DNA from: Candidatus Calescibacterium sp.
GTDB taxonomy: Bacteria; Calescibacteriota; Calescibacteriia; Calescibacteriales; Calescibacteriaceae
Reading direction: 5' to 3'
Length of the DNA: 64,000 nucleotides
Assembly (NCBI GenBank): GCA_032249135.1
Contig: JAVVGL010000007.1
Coordinates: 17,407-81,406, forward strand
Shown in pieces: positions 48,719 through 56,774 of the stretch. The notes under the pieces were generated by a model. The model ran no database searches and was not told the DNA's origin. It saw only the letters and a program-made list of their open reading frames with translations. The position numbers were made by a program, and so were the translations under genes. Each line of letters starts with the position of its first letter. The first letter of the stretch is position 1.

Positions 48719-50035
48719 ATGACTCAGCTTGAAAAGGCAAGAAAAGGTATAATTACAGATGAGATCAGATTTGTTGCAGAGGTTGAGGGCATATCACCTG
48801 AGGAGTTGAGAGAAAAAGTTGCTCAGGGACTGGTTGTAATTCCCGCAAATCCAAATCACAAAACTTGTGAAAGATTTACTGGAATAGGAGAAGGGCTTTC
48901 AGTAAAGGTTAATGTGAATATTGGAACTTCTTATGATTATGTCAATCTTGATGAGGAGATAGAAAAATTGAAAATTTCCTTAGAGTATGGTGCAGATACG
49001 GTTATGGATCTTTCAACCGGTGGAGATCTTGAACATATTATGAAAACTTTGATTGAGCATTCAAAGATACCCATAGGAACTGTTCCTATATATGAGGCAG
49101 AGTTCAGAGCTGCAAAAGAAAAAGGTTCATTTTTTAATATGACAGTTGATGATCTTTTTGAAGTCATAGAAGAGCACGGAAAAAGAGGGGTTGACTTTAT
49201 AACTGTTCACTGCGGAGTCACAATGGAATCTTTGAGAAGATATAAGGAAACGAATAGAATTACAGGTATAGTATCTCGTGGGGGTGGACTTATGGCGGCG
49301 TGGATGATTCAAAATGAAGCGGAAAACCCTCTTTACCAATACTTTGATAGACTTTTGGAAATCGCTCGTGAATACGATATGACTTTGAGTTTAGGAGATG
49401 GATTGAGACCGGGTTCAATAGCAGATTCAACAGACAGAGCACAAATTCAAGAACTCATAATAATAGGTGAGCTTGTTGAAAGAGCAAGAAAAGCAGGAGT
49501 TCAAGCTATGGTTGAAGGACCAGGGCACATACCCCTCAACGAAATCCATACAAATGTCCAAATACAAAAAAAACTTTGCAGAGGGGCTCCATTTTATATT
49601 CTTGGTATGCTTCCCTGCGATACCGCTGCTGGTTATGACCATATAGCAGGTGCAATCGGGGGTGCTTTGGCTGGTATGTATGGAGCGGATATGCTTTGCT
49701 ACATCACACCTGCTGAACACCTCGGTCTCCCCTCTGTTGAGCATGTAAAGGAGGGTCTTATAGCATTCAAAATTGCTGCTCACATAGCAGATATAGCGAG
49801 AGGAAATAAGAAAGCTCTGAGTCGCAATTTGGAAATGTCTCAAGCAAGATATAAATTAGATTGGAAGAGACAATTTGAACTTGCTTTATTTCCCCGTGAG
49901 GCTGAAAAAATATTTAGGGAAAGAGCTTCAAAAACAAAAGCTTGCTCTATGTGTGGTCCATTTTGTCCTATGAATCTTGTTGAGCAAACATTTAAGAAAA
50001 AAGGCTATAAAATTGAAGTATCTCATATTCATTAG
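48719..50035 (+). CDS. thiC: Phosphomethylpyrimidine synthase ThiC (short form)
   Basis: KVNVNIGTS, DTVMDLSTGG, GTVPIY, SRGG, SLGDGLRPG, EGPGH, GYDHI and C-terminal CSMCGPFC. A BzaF-type paralogue cannot be excluded by eye. Confidence 0.92.
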   Translation: MTQLEKARKGIITDEIRFVAEVEGISPEELREKVAQGLVVIPANPNHKTCERFTGIGEGLSVKVNVNIGTSYDYVNLDEEIEKLKISLEYGADTVMDLSTGGDLEHIMKTLIEHSKIPIGTVPIYEAEFRAAKEKGSFFNMTVDDLFEVIEEHGKRGVDFITVHCGVTMESLRRYKETNRITGIVSRGGGLMAAWMIQNEAENPLYQYFDRLLEIAREYDMTLSLGDGLRPGSIADSTDRAQIQELIIIGELVERARKAGVQAMVEGPGHIPLNEIHTNVQIQKKLCRGAPFYILGMLPCDTAAGYDHIAGAIGGALAGMYGADMLCYITPAEHLGLPSVEHVKEGLIAFKIAAHIADIARGNKKALSRNLEMSQARYKLDWKRQFELALFPREAEKIFRERASKTKACSMCGPFCPMNLVEQTFKKKGYKIEVSHIH

Positions 50036-50040
50036 CCGAT

Positions 50041-50484
50041 ATGGATTTTTCTCAAATATTTTCATTCATCACTCAAAAAGTTCAATCTCTGGGTTTTGAG
50101 GTTTATGATATACAGATAAAGGATACGGGAAAAAAGCTTGTGGTTCGTGTCTTTATTGATAAAAAAGATCGTTTCATAGGAATAAATGACTGTGTTTTTG
50201 TTTCAAGAAATCTTGAAGATCAACTTGAGAAAATGATAGATAGAAGTTTCATACTTGAAGTTTCCTCCCCGGGAGCAGATAGAGAGTTAAGAAGAGATGA
50301 AGACTTTGAAAGGTTCAAAGGTATGACAGTTGAAGTTGTAAAAAGGAATGGAGGAAAGTTCATAGGTAAACTTATGGGTAAAGTTGGAGACGAGATTTTT
50401 ATAATGATAAAAGGCAAAAATAAAATTAGTTCTTTCAAAACTGATGAAATTCAAAAGGTCAAGCTTTATCCTGATATACGATAA
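50041..50484 (+). CDS. rimP: Ribosome maturation factor RimP
   Basis: RVFIDK...INDCVFVSR...LEVSSPGADREL...F.RFKG. Confidence 0.93.
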   Translation: MDFSQIFSFITQKVQSLGFEVYDIQIKDTGKKLVVRVFIDKKDRFIGINDCVFVSRNLEDQLEKMIDRSFILEVSSPGADRELRRDEDFERFKGMTVEVVKRNGGKFIGKLMGKVGDEIFIMIKGKNKISSFKTDEIQKVKLYPDIR

Positions 50485-50504
50485 GCTTTATTCTGATCTA
50501 CGAT
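50461..50504 (+). repeat. 22-bp imperfect tandem duplication of the rimP 3' end
   Basis: aagctttatcctgatatacgat / aagctttattctgatctacgat (2 mismatches). Confidence 0.8.
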
Positions 50505-50530
50505 AAAATCAAATGATGAAATTATCATTT

Positions 50531-51298
50531 TCATCTCAATTTTACTTCGTATTTTGATGAGTACCCTCTTGGTGTGAGCATTATTCCGTTCTTTATAAAT
50601 GTTGTTGAATTTCCTATTATGACTGTTGCCAACATGCCTAAAATTGAGTCATCTCCGAGGTCTTTTAAAGTTGTGAATTTTATAGATTGTCCTTCTCTGA
50701 AAGCGCTTTTTACAATCGCAACAGGAGTAAGAGGGTCTCTGAATTCCATAATTATATCTCTTGCTCTTGTGAGTTGCCAAGTTCTTTTTTTACTTTTTGG
50801 GTTATATATAACTATCACAAAGTCTCCCATAGCAGCTGCTCTTATTCTTTTTTCTATAATTTCCCAGGGAACAAGTAAATCGCTCATAGATATTACAGCA
50901 AAATCCAAAGATAAGGGAGAACCAACCAGAGCAGCACAAGCATTAGCAGCTGTGACTCCCGGTATAACTTCAACTTCTGGATCATCCCCCACTTTCCATC
51001 CACTTTCAAGAAGGACTTCAAAAACCAAGGCTGCCATACCATATATTCCAGCATCTCCCGATGACACAAGAGAAACTATTTTTCCTTCCTTTGCTTTTTT
51101 TATTGCAAAAATGGCTCTATCTACCTCTTCTGTCATACCAGTTTCATATATTTCTTTCCCCTGAATATAGGGAGCAAGAAGTTCTATATATGTTTCATAA
51201 CCTATAACAACTTCGCTTTTATCTATTGCTTCCTTTGCCCAGAATGTCATATTTTTAAGATCACCCGGACCAAAACCAACGACATAAAGCTTTCCCAT
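50531..51298 (-). CDS. cobJ: Precorrin-3B C17-methyltransferase (CobJ/CbiH)
   Basis: LYVVGFGPG, VSSGDAGIYGMA, PGVTAA, DFAVISMSDLLVPW, YNPKSKKR, TPRGY. Confidence 0.93.
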   Translation of the reverse strand: MGKLYVVGFGPGDLKNMTFWAKEAIDKSEVVIGYETYIELLAPYIQGKEIYETGMTEEVDRAIFAIKKAKEGKIVSLVSSGDAGIYGMAALVFEVLLESGWKVGDDPEVEVIPGVTAANACAALVGSPLSLDFAVISMSDLLVPWEIIEKRIRAAAMGDFVIVIYNPKSKKRTWQLTRARDIIMEFRDPLTPVAIVKSAFREGQSIKFTTLKDLGDDSILGMLATVIIGNSTTFIKNGIMLTPRGYSSKYEVKLR

Positions 51299-51412
51299 AG
51301 TTTTTTACCTCCTGCCGAAATTATCTGACCTAATCTTACTATAATAGTGTCTTGTGCAGAAAATATCCGAAAGCGGAAAAATTTTACCGCAAAATAATTT
51401 TCTGCAATTTCT

Positions 51413-53290
51413 ATGAAAAGCGAGATTCATCACAAAATGTTTTGTTTATTTTATATGTTAGGTGTAAGAGGAGAAAAGATAAAAGAATTTTCCCGGGATA
51501 TTTTCAAACCTTTGGGAGTAGTATTTGGTGATATAGGAACAAGTCCAATTTACACTCTCACTGTAATAGCCTTAATTTTGAAAAATCCAAGAAAAGAAGA
51601 TATTTACGGCGCTGTATCACTGATATTCTGGACACTTGTGATATTAGTATCGGTTCAGTATGCATTTTTAGCTATGAGATTTTCATTAAGAGGTGAAGGT
51701 GGAGAAATAGTTTTAAGAGAGATAATTTTGAGAAAAATCAAAAACTCAAAAATAAAAAAATTTGCTTCACTTCTCACTTTCGTAGGAATATCGTTTCTTG
51801 TAGGAGATGGAGTTATTACTCCCGCAATTTCAATTTTGAGCGCAGTGGAAGGACTTAAAATAATCCCTGCTTTTTCCAATATATCACAGGAGACAATAGT
51901 TCTAATTTCAATAATAATAGTTGTTCTACTTTTTTCGGTTCAAAAGATGGGAGTAGATAGAATTTTCCCGCTTTTCAGTCCTATAATGCTTGTATGGTTT
52001 TTATCTTTATTTTCATTTGGTATTTGGTGGGTAGCAAAAAACCCGGAGGTGTTAGGGGCATTAAGTCCTTTCTTTGCAGTCAAATTCATAATGCAGAACA
52101 AATTTTTAGTTTTTCTGATTTTAGCAGAGGTCATACTTGCCGCAACAGGAGGAGAAGCACTCTACTCAGATATGGGACATCTTGGGAAAAAATCTATAAG
52201 ACGCTCGTGGTTTTTCTTTGTATTTCCTGCTCTCATGATAAGCTATATGGGACAAGCAAATTTTTATCTCAGCTTCCCAAACTTTCAGAATCTACTTTTT
52301 GATATGGTTTTCCAAACCGCAACTTTTTTATATATACCCTTCCTTATTCTTGCAACAGTAGCAACCATAATAGCATCGCAGGCGATAATTTTAGCTATGT
52401 TTTCACTTTTCTTTCAGGCTTCAAATGTTGGAATTTTTCCTCGCATAAAATTTGAACATAAATCAGAAAGGCAGTATGGTCAAATATATTCTGGTTTTGT
52501 AAATTATGCGCTTTTGATATGCGTTATTTTGGTAATGATTATTTTCAGAAAGTCTGAGAAACTTGCATATGCGTATGGTCTTTCAGTTTCAATAACCATG
52601 CTCACAACAGGAACTCTTCTCATTATACTTCATTTTCATGAGAAAATCTGGCATTTGCTTTTTCTTTCTTTAATAACTTCATCTACAAGTTTTATTTTTG
52701 TTCTCTCAACATTACAAAAATTAAAATACGGTGCATATGTTCCAGTAATAATTGCATCAATTATGTTATTTTTAATCCTGATTTATATATATGGGCAGAG
52801 CCAGGTTTATAAAGCTTTAAAACCAATAAGTTTCAAAGAGTTTGAAGAAATTTTTTCAAGAATATACGCAAGTTTTAACAAAATAGTAGGAACAGCTGTT
52901 TTTCTTGTGAGGGATGTAGAACAAATACCTGCATATGTCGTAAACATAATAGTGAAACAGGGAATAATATATGAAAGAAATGTTCTTTTATCTCTGGTGA
53001 AAAAAGAAGAACCATTTGGAGTAAATGTGAAATTTGTTGAAGAAAAACTTCAAGGGCTTGACATATTGGTAGTAGAATTCGGTTATATGGAGAGAATAAA
53101 TGTTGAAAAAATACTTAACGAAGCTGGGATAAAGGAAAGGATAATTTTCTACGGGATAGAAGATATAATCACAAAAAATCCGCTACTTAGGATATACTCT
53201 GTTGTAAAAAGACTTTCGGCATCTTTTGATAAATTCTATGATTTACCTTCCGGGAAAATTCACGGAGTCATAACAAGAATAGAAATATAA
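51413..53290 (+). CDS. kup: KUP/HAK/KT potassium transporter
   Basis: GVVFGDIGTSPIY, GEGG, GDGVITPAISILSAVEG, TGGEALYSDMGH, IASQA, AYAYG. The true start may be ATG 51455. Confidence 0.95.
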   Translation: MKSEIHHKMFCLFYMLGVRGEKIKEFSRDIFKPLGVVFGDIGTSPIYTLTVIALILKNPRKEDIYGAVSLIFWTLVILVSVQYAFLAMRFSLRGEGGEIVLREIILRKIKNSKIKKFASLLTFVGISFLVGDGVITPAISILSAVEGLKIIPAFSNISQETIVLISIIIVVLLFSVQKMGVDRIFPLFSPIMLVWFLSLFSFGIWWVAKNPEVLGALSPFFAVKFIMQNKFLVFLILAEVILAATGGEALYSDMGHLGKKSIRRSWFFFVFPALMISYMGQANFYLSFPNFQNLLFDMVFQTATFLYIPFLILATVATIIASQAIILAMFSLFFQASNVGIFPRIKFEHKSERQYGQIYSGFVNYALLICVILVMIIFRKSEKLAYAYGLSVSITMLTTGTLLIILHFHEKIWHLLFLSLITSSTSFIFVLSTLQKLKYGAYVPVIIASIMLFLILIYIYGQSQVYKALKPISFKEFEEIFSRIYASFNKIVGTAVFLVRDVEQIPAYVVNIIVKQGIIYERNVLLSLVKKEEPFGVNVKFVEEKLQGLDILVVEFGYMERINVEKILNEAGIKERIIFYGIEDIITKNPLLRIYSVVKRLSASFDKFYDLPSGKIHGVITRIEI

Positions 53291-53296
53291 AATTTC

Positions 53297-54637
53297 TCAT
53301 ATTCTATCGTAAATTGCATCTTGTAGTTTAAAAACAGCCTTTATAGCATGAGATACAACAAATCTCAAAGGTTCTGGTGGGAAAGGTATAACAAACCTAT
53401 TTACGAAGAACATATTTGTTCTTTCTGTATCTTTTTCAAGCAAAAGTTCTGCTATTGTAAGACCGTTTACATGAGTTAAAGATACACCGTGTCCTATACA
53501 TCCCAAAGAATAAATTGCGTTTTTATCTCCAACATATCCTATTGCTGGAACTAAATCTAATGTAACTGAAACCGGACCACCCCACATGTAATCAATTTTG
53601 AGATCAGAAAGAGGCGGAAAAAATTTTTTTATGTCTTCTTTTAACCCTTCAAAAACTTTATAATTCATGTCTTTATTCAAGTTACTCCCGAATGTTATCG
53701 TGACATCTCTTCCCCCCATAAGAAGCCTATTATCTTTTGTAAGGCGAAAATAATGAATAAGATTCCTTGAATCTTCAAGACCTTCTCTACTCCTCCAATT
53801 TATTTTTTGGAAATGCTCCTCTTTCAGAGGTTCAGTAATGACTATATGAGTAAATACAGGGACTTGCTTTCTTTTAAGCTGAGGTATAGTTATAGAAAAA
53901 GCATTAGTTGCAAAAACTATCTTATCTGCTATAACCTTCCCGTGAGGAGTCTTTATTACAAATTTTTTGTCGTTCCTTCTTTCAACTTCGTAAAAAGGCG
54001 TATTTTCATATATTTTAACTCCCATTTCTTCAACAACTTTTTTCATACCTAAAATGAGCTTTGCCGGGTTCAAAAGTGCACAATGTCTTTCATACCAGCC
54101 ACAACGCATAATAGGGGAAGAGACTTTTTCTTCAAGTTTTGATTTATCTAACCAAGTTGCATCTTGAATTCCGATTTTCAGAGCAAGCTCAAACTCTTTT
54201 TTAAGTTTTCTTTCATAAAGCTTTGAAGTTGCAACCCTTATAAACCCATTATATTCAAAATCACAATCTATTTTATGCTCTTCAACTAATCTTTTAACAA
54301 GATCTATACCGTAAGATGTATATTTATATCCAGCGAGAGCATTTTCTTTGCCGTACCGTAAAACAGTAAGAGATAGGTCAAGACCAAACAAGGTCATACA
54401 GAATCCGGCATTTCTTCCGCTTGCACCATATCCAACATACTTTTGTTCAAGAACGGCAACAGAAGACGATGGCTCTAACTTTTTGAGAAAATAAGAGGTT
54501 GATATTCCGGTAAAACCCCCTCCCAAAATTGCAAAGTCTACTGAAATCTCACCTTCAAGTGGGGGATTAGGTGAAATTTCTACCTGGGTGAGCCAAAAGC
54601 TTGGTCTTTCTTCTATTCCTTTCTTTTGGATATCCAT
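53297..54637 (-). CDS. FAD-dependent oxidoreductase (PuuB/DadA family)
   Basis: ILGGGFTG, GYGASGRNAG, LNPAKL, ATNAF, WGGPV, GHGV. Confidence 0.85.
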   Translation of the reverse strand: MDIQKKGIEERPSFWLTQVEISPNPPLEGEISVDFAILGGGFTGISTSYFLKKLEPSSSVAVLEQKYVGYGASGRNAGFCMTLFGLDLSLTVLRYGKENALAGYKYTSYGIDLVKRLVEEHKIDCDFEYNGFIRVATSKLYERKLKKEFELALKIGIQDATWLDKSKLEEKVSSPIMRCGWYERHCALLNPAKLILGMKKVVEEMGVKIYENTPFYEVERRNDKKFVIKTPHGKVIADKIVFATNAFSITIPQLKRKQVPVFTHIVITEPLKEEHFQKINWRSREGLEDSRNLIHYFRLTKDNRLLMGGRDVTITFGSNLNKDMNYKVFEGLKEDIKKFFPPLSDLKIDYMWGGPVSVTLDLVPAIGYVGDKNAIYSLGCIGHGVSLTHVNGLTIAELLLEKDTERTNMFFVNRFVIPFPPEPLRFVVSHAIKAVFKLQDAIYDRI

Positions 54638-54740
54638 AAAAAAACTTTAATCATAAAAAAGAGGAGTTCAAAATACTTAAAAATCAAGAAAATAAAAAAC
54701 TGAAAATATAAAAGAGAAAAATAAGTATTACCAGCAAAAA

Positions 54741-55673
54741 ATGGTCAAAATAAATCCTCTAAAATTAAGAAAATTGGGAGCAATATTCAAACTATCTCAA
54801 AACCCACAAAGTTTTTTTGTATTTTTTATAAGTCTTTTTATCTTTGGGAAAGGGAAACTAAAAACAAAAATCGGAAAAGAGATCAAGGTATCAAAAGGAG
54901 AAAATATTTTAGTTTCTGAGTCTTTCAGAGAGCTCATAGCTTTGGCATTTATTCAGTTGATGAAAGATAGGAAGCTTTACACGGAAGATAAAGACGGAGT
55001 AATTATAAAGCTCGGGAGTTCTGAAATAAAAATAGATCGGAGTGAGTTTCACAAATTTGACTTATTTTTAGAAGGTTTATATTATATTGCGACGAGCAAA
55101 AGATCGGAGGATTTTAAAATAATTTTTGATAACGAAGAAATAATAGCAGAATTTCAAGGTATAAAAATCAAAGCACCAAAGGATCACTCAAACTTTGTTT
55201 ATAACATTTATGAAATATTTTTTGAAGAACACTATTTTTCTGAAAACATATTCGGGAAAGATGTGATTGATGTTGGGAGCTCCATAGGAGATTCCACAAT
55301 ATACTTTCTGAAGAATGGAGCAAAGAAAGTTGTTGGATATGAGCCCCAAACTGACCTTGTAAAGATAGCAGAAGAAAACATAAAGATAAACGGATTTGAA
55401 GGAAAAACAGAGTTCATAAATGAATTTTTCACAAAAGATAAATCAAGGAAAATTTCCGATCCGGAGAACACAATATTGAAACTTGATTGCGAAGGTTGTG
55501 AATTTGAGATCATTGATGAGATTACAAAATCATCTTTAAAATTTCAAGAGATAATTTTTGAGTTCCACAAGATTCCTATTACGCTTTTTTTCAATCTTTT
55601 GAAAAAAGGATATAAAATGAAAGAAATAATGTTTACGTATCCGACTCTTGGGATAGCGAAGTTTTCTGTTTGA
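54741..55673 (+). CDS. FkbM family SAM-dependent methyltransferase
   Basis: VIDVGSSIGDSTIYF...GYEP...LKLDCEGCEF...IFEFH. Confidence 0.85.
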   Translation: MVKINPLKLRKLGAIFKLSQNPQSFFVFFISLFIFGKGKLKTKIGKEIKVSKGENILVSESFRELIALAFIQLMKDRKLYTEDKDGVIIKLGSSEIKIDRSEFHKFDLFLEGLYYIATSKRSEDFKIIFDNEEIIAEFQGIKIKAPKDHSNFVYNIYEIFFEEHYFSENIFGKDVIDVGSSIGDSTIYFLKNGAKKVVGYEPQTDLVKIAEENIKINGFEGKTEFINEFFTKDKSRKISDPENTILKLDCEGCEFEIIDEITKSSLKFQEIIFEFHKIPITLFFNLLKKGYKMKEIMFTYPTLGIAKFSV

Positions 55674-55724
55674 TGTTTTCAAGTTAATAAAAAAGTTTTC
55701 AGCTATGTAAATTAGTTATTATAT

Positions 55725-56774
55725 ATGAGTAATGTTAATCACATATCTTTTGTTACGATAACTCGCGTTTTAACCTACAACGATTTGAATAAAGTTTCAA
55801 GGACTTTGAATTCTGTTCTCAATGCTTTTCCAAATTACGTAGAATACATTTTGGTGGTATCCGATTGTGTTGGGGCATCTTGGAAAATAAAGGATTTGGT
55901 GAGTAGTTTCCCAAGAGTTTCTGTTGTTTTTACAGATTGTGCAAATTCTAATTGGTCATCTCAAAGAAATAAAGGTTTATCTTATGCAAGTTCAGAAATC
56001 GTAGTTTTTGTTGACGATGATATGGAGATTGAAAAAGGTAGCGTTGAGAGATTGATAGAAACTTTACTTCAAGATGAAAATATTGCTGCAGTTTCAGGTG
56101 CTGTTTTGCCTTATTTTTACAGAAGTATTATAGGTAGGTGTCAAGCCGTAATCTCACATCCGGGTGGTGGCTATAATCTTGTGCAGAATTTTCCGGATAT
56201 ATCTGATATTGATTTCTTTCATACTGGTTTTTGTGCTTTGAGAAAAAAATTTTTTTCTGATATCAGATTTGATGAAACATTAAAATGGGGGTGTGAGGAT
56301 ATGGATATATCTATAAGGTTAAAGAAAAAATTTCCGCAAGTTAGATTTTTGTTCAATCCGCAAGCTGTATCATATCATCCTACACGCAACTCTTTCTCTG
56401 AAATTTTTAAGTGGATGAGAAGATATGGAAAGGGTAGGGCAGATATTTTTATAAGGCACAATATTCCTATGCACTCTTTTTTTATACACAAGCTTTTCTT
56501 ACCTTTTTCTCTCTCCATCATATTTCCTGTTTTTTCGCCTTTTTTTCTTCTCTTTTTCTATTTGTTTTATTTTTTTAGGTTAAAAAGGAAATTTAGAAAT
56601 CAGATTGAAAATGTTGCAACATCAAAAGGAGAAAAAGTTAAGGTTCTTTTCTTATTACCTTTTGTGTTTTGGGTTATGAACGGAGCTTTTGATTTGGGAA
56701 GGTTAGAATTTCTGTTTCAGCACTATGTGAGAAAAATTCTTCTAAAATCAAGGGATGGAGGAGGGAAAAATTGA
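55725..56774 (+). CDS. Glycosyltransferase family 2 with C-terminal TM helices
   Basis: SQRNKG, VFVDDD (DxD), FDE...EDMDISIR and RRYGKG. Confidence 0.85.
   Translation: MSNVNHISFVTITRVLTYNDLNKVSRTLNSVLNAFPNYVEYILVVSDCVGASWKIKDLVSSFPRVSVVFTDCANSNWSSQRNKGLSYASSEIVVFVDDDMEIEKGSVERLIETLLQDENIAAVSGAVLPYFYRSIIGRCQAVISHPGGGYNLVQNFPDISDIDFFHTGFCALRKKFFSDIRFDETLKWGCEDMDISIRLKKKFPQVRFLFNPQAVSYHPTRNSFSEIFKWMRRYGKGRADIFIRHNIPMHSFFIHKLFLPFSLSIIFPVFSPFFLLFFYLFYFFRLKRKFRNQIENVATSKGEKVKVLFLLPFVFWVMNGAFDLGRLEFLFQHYVRKILLKSRDGGGKN

Noticed and set aside
50511-50529. Fur box
   Set aside because: It only partly matches the 7-1-7 consensus and lies between convergent gene ends, not in a promoter.
50574-51164. 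Long antisense or alternative-frame ORFs (e.g. 50574-51164, 30237-30734, 12468-12890, 49427-49843, 24823-25245)
   Set aside because: They fully overlap well-supported genes. Their S/F/I-rich or nonsensical composition is expected for shadows of purine-rich coding strands.
51299-51412. Cobalamin riboswitch for cobJ, or canonical c-di-AMP riboswitch for kup
   Set aside because: No B12-box (GCCACUG...GGGAAG) and no ydaO core. The region is too short. It is reported only as an unexplained structure.
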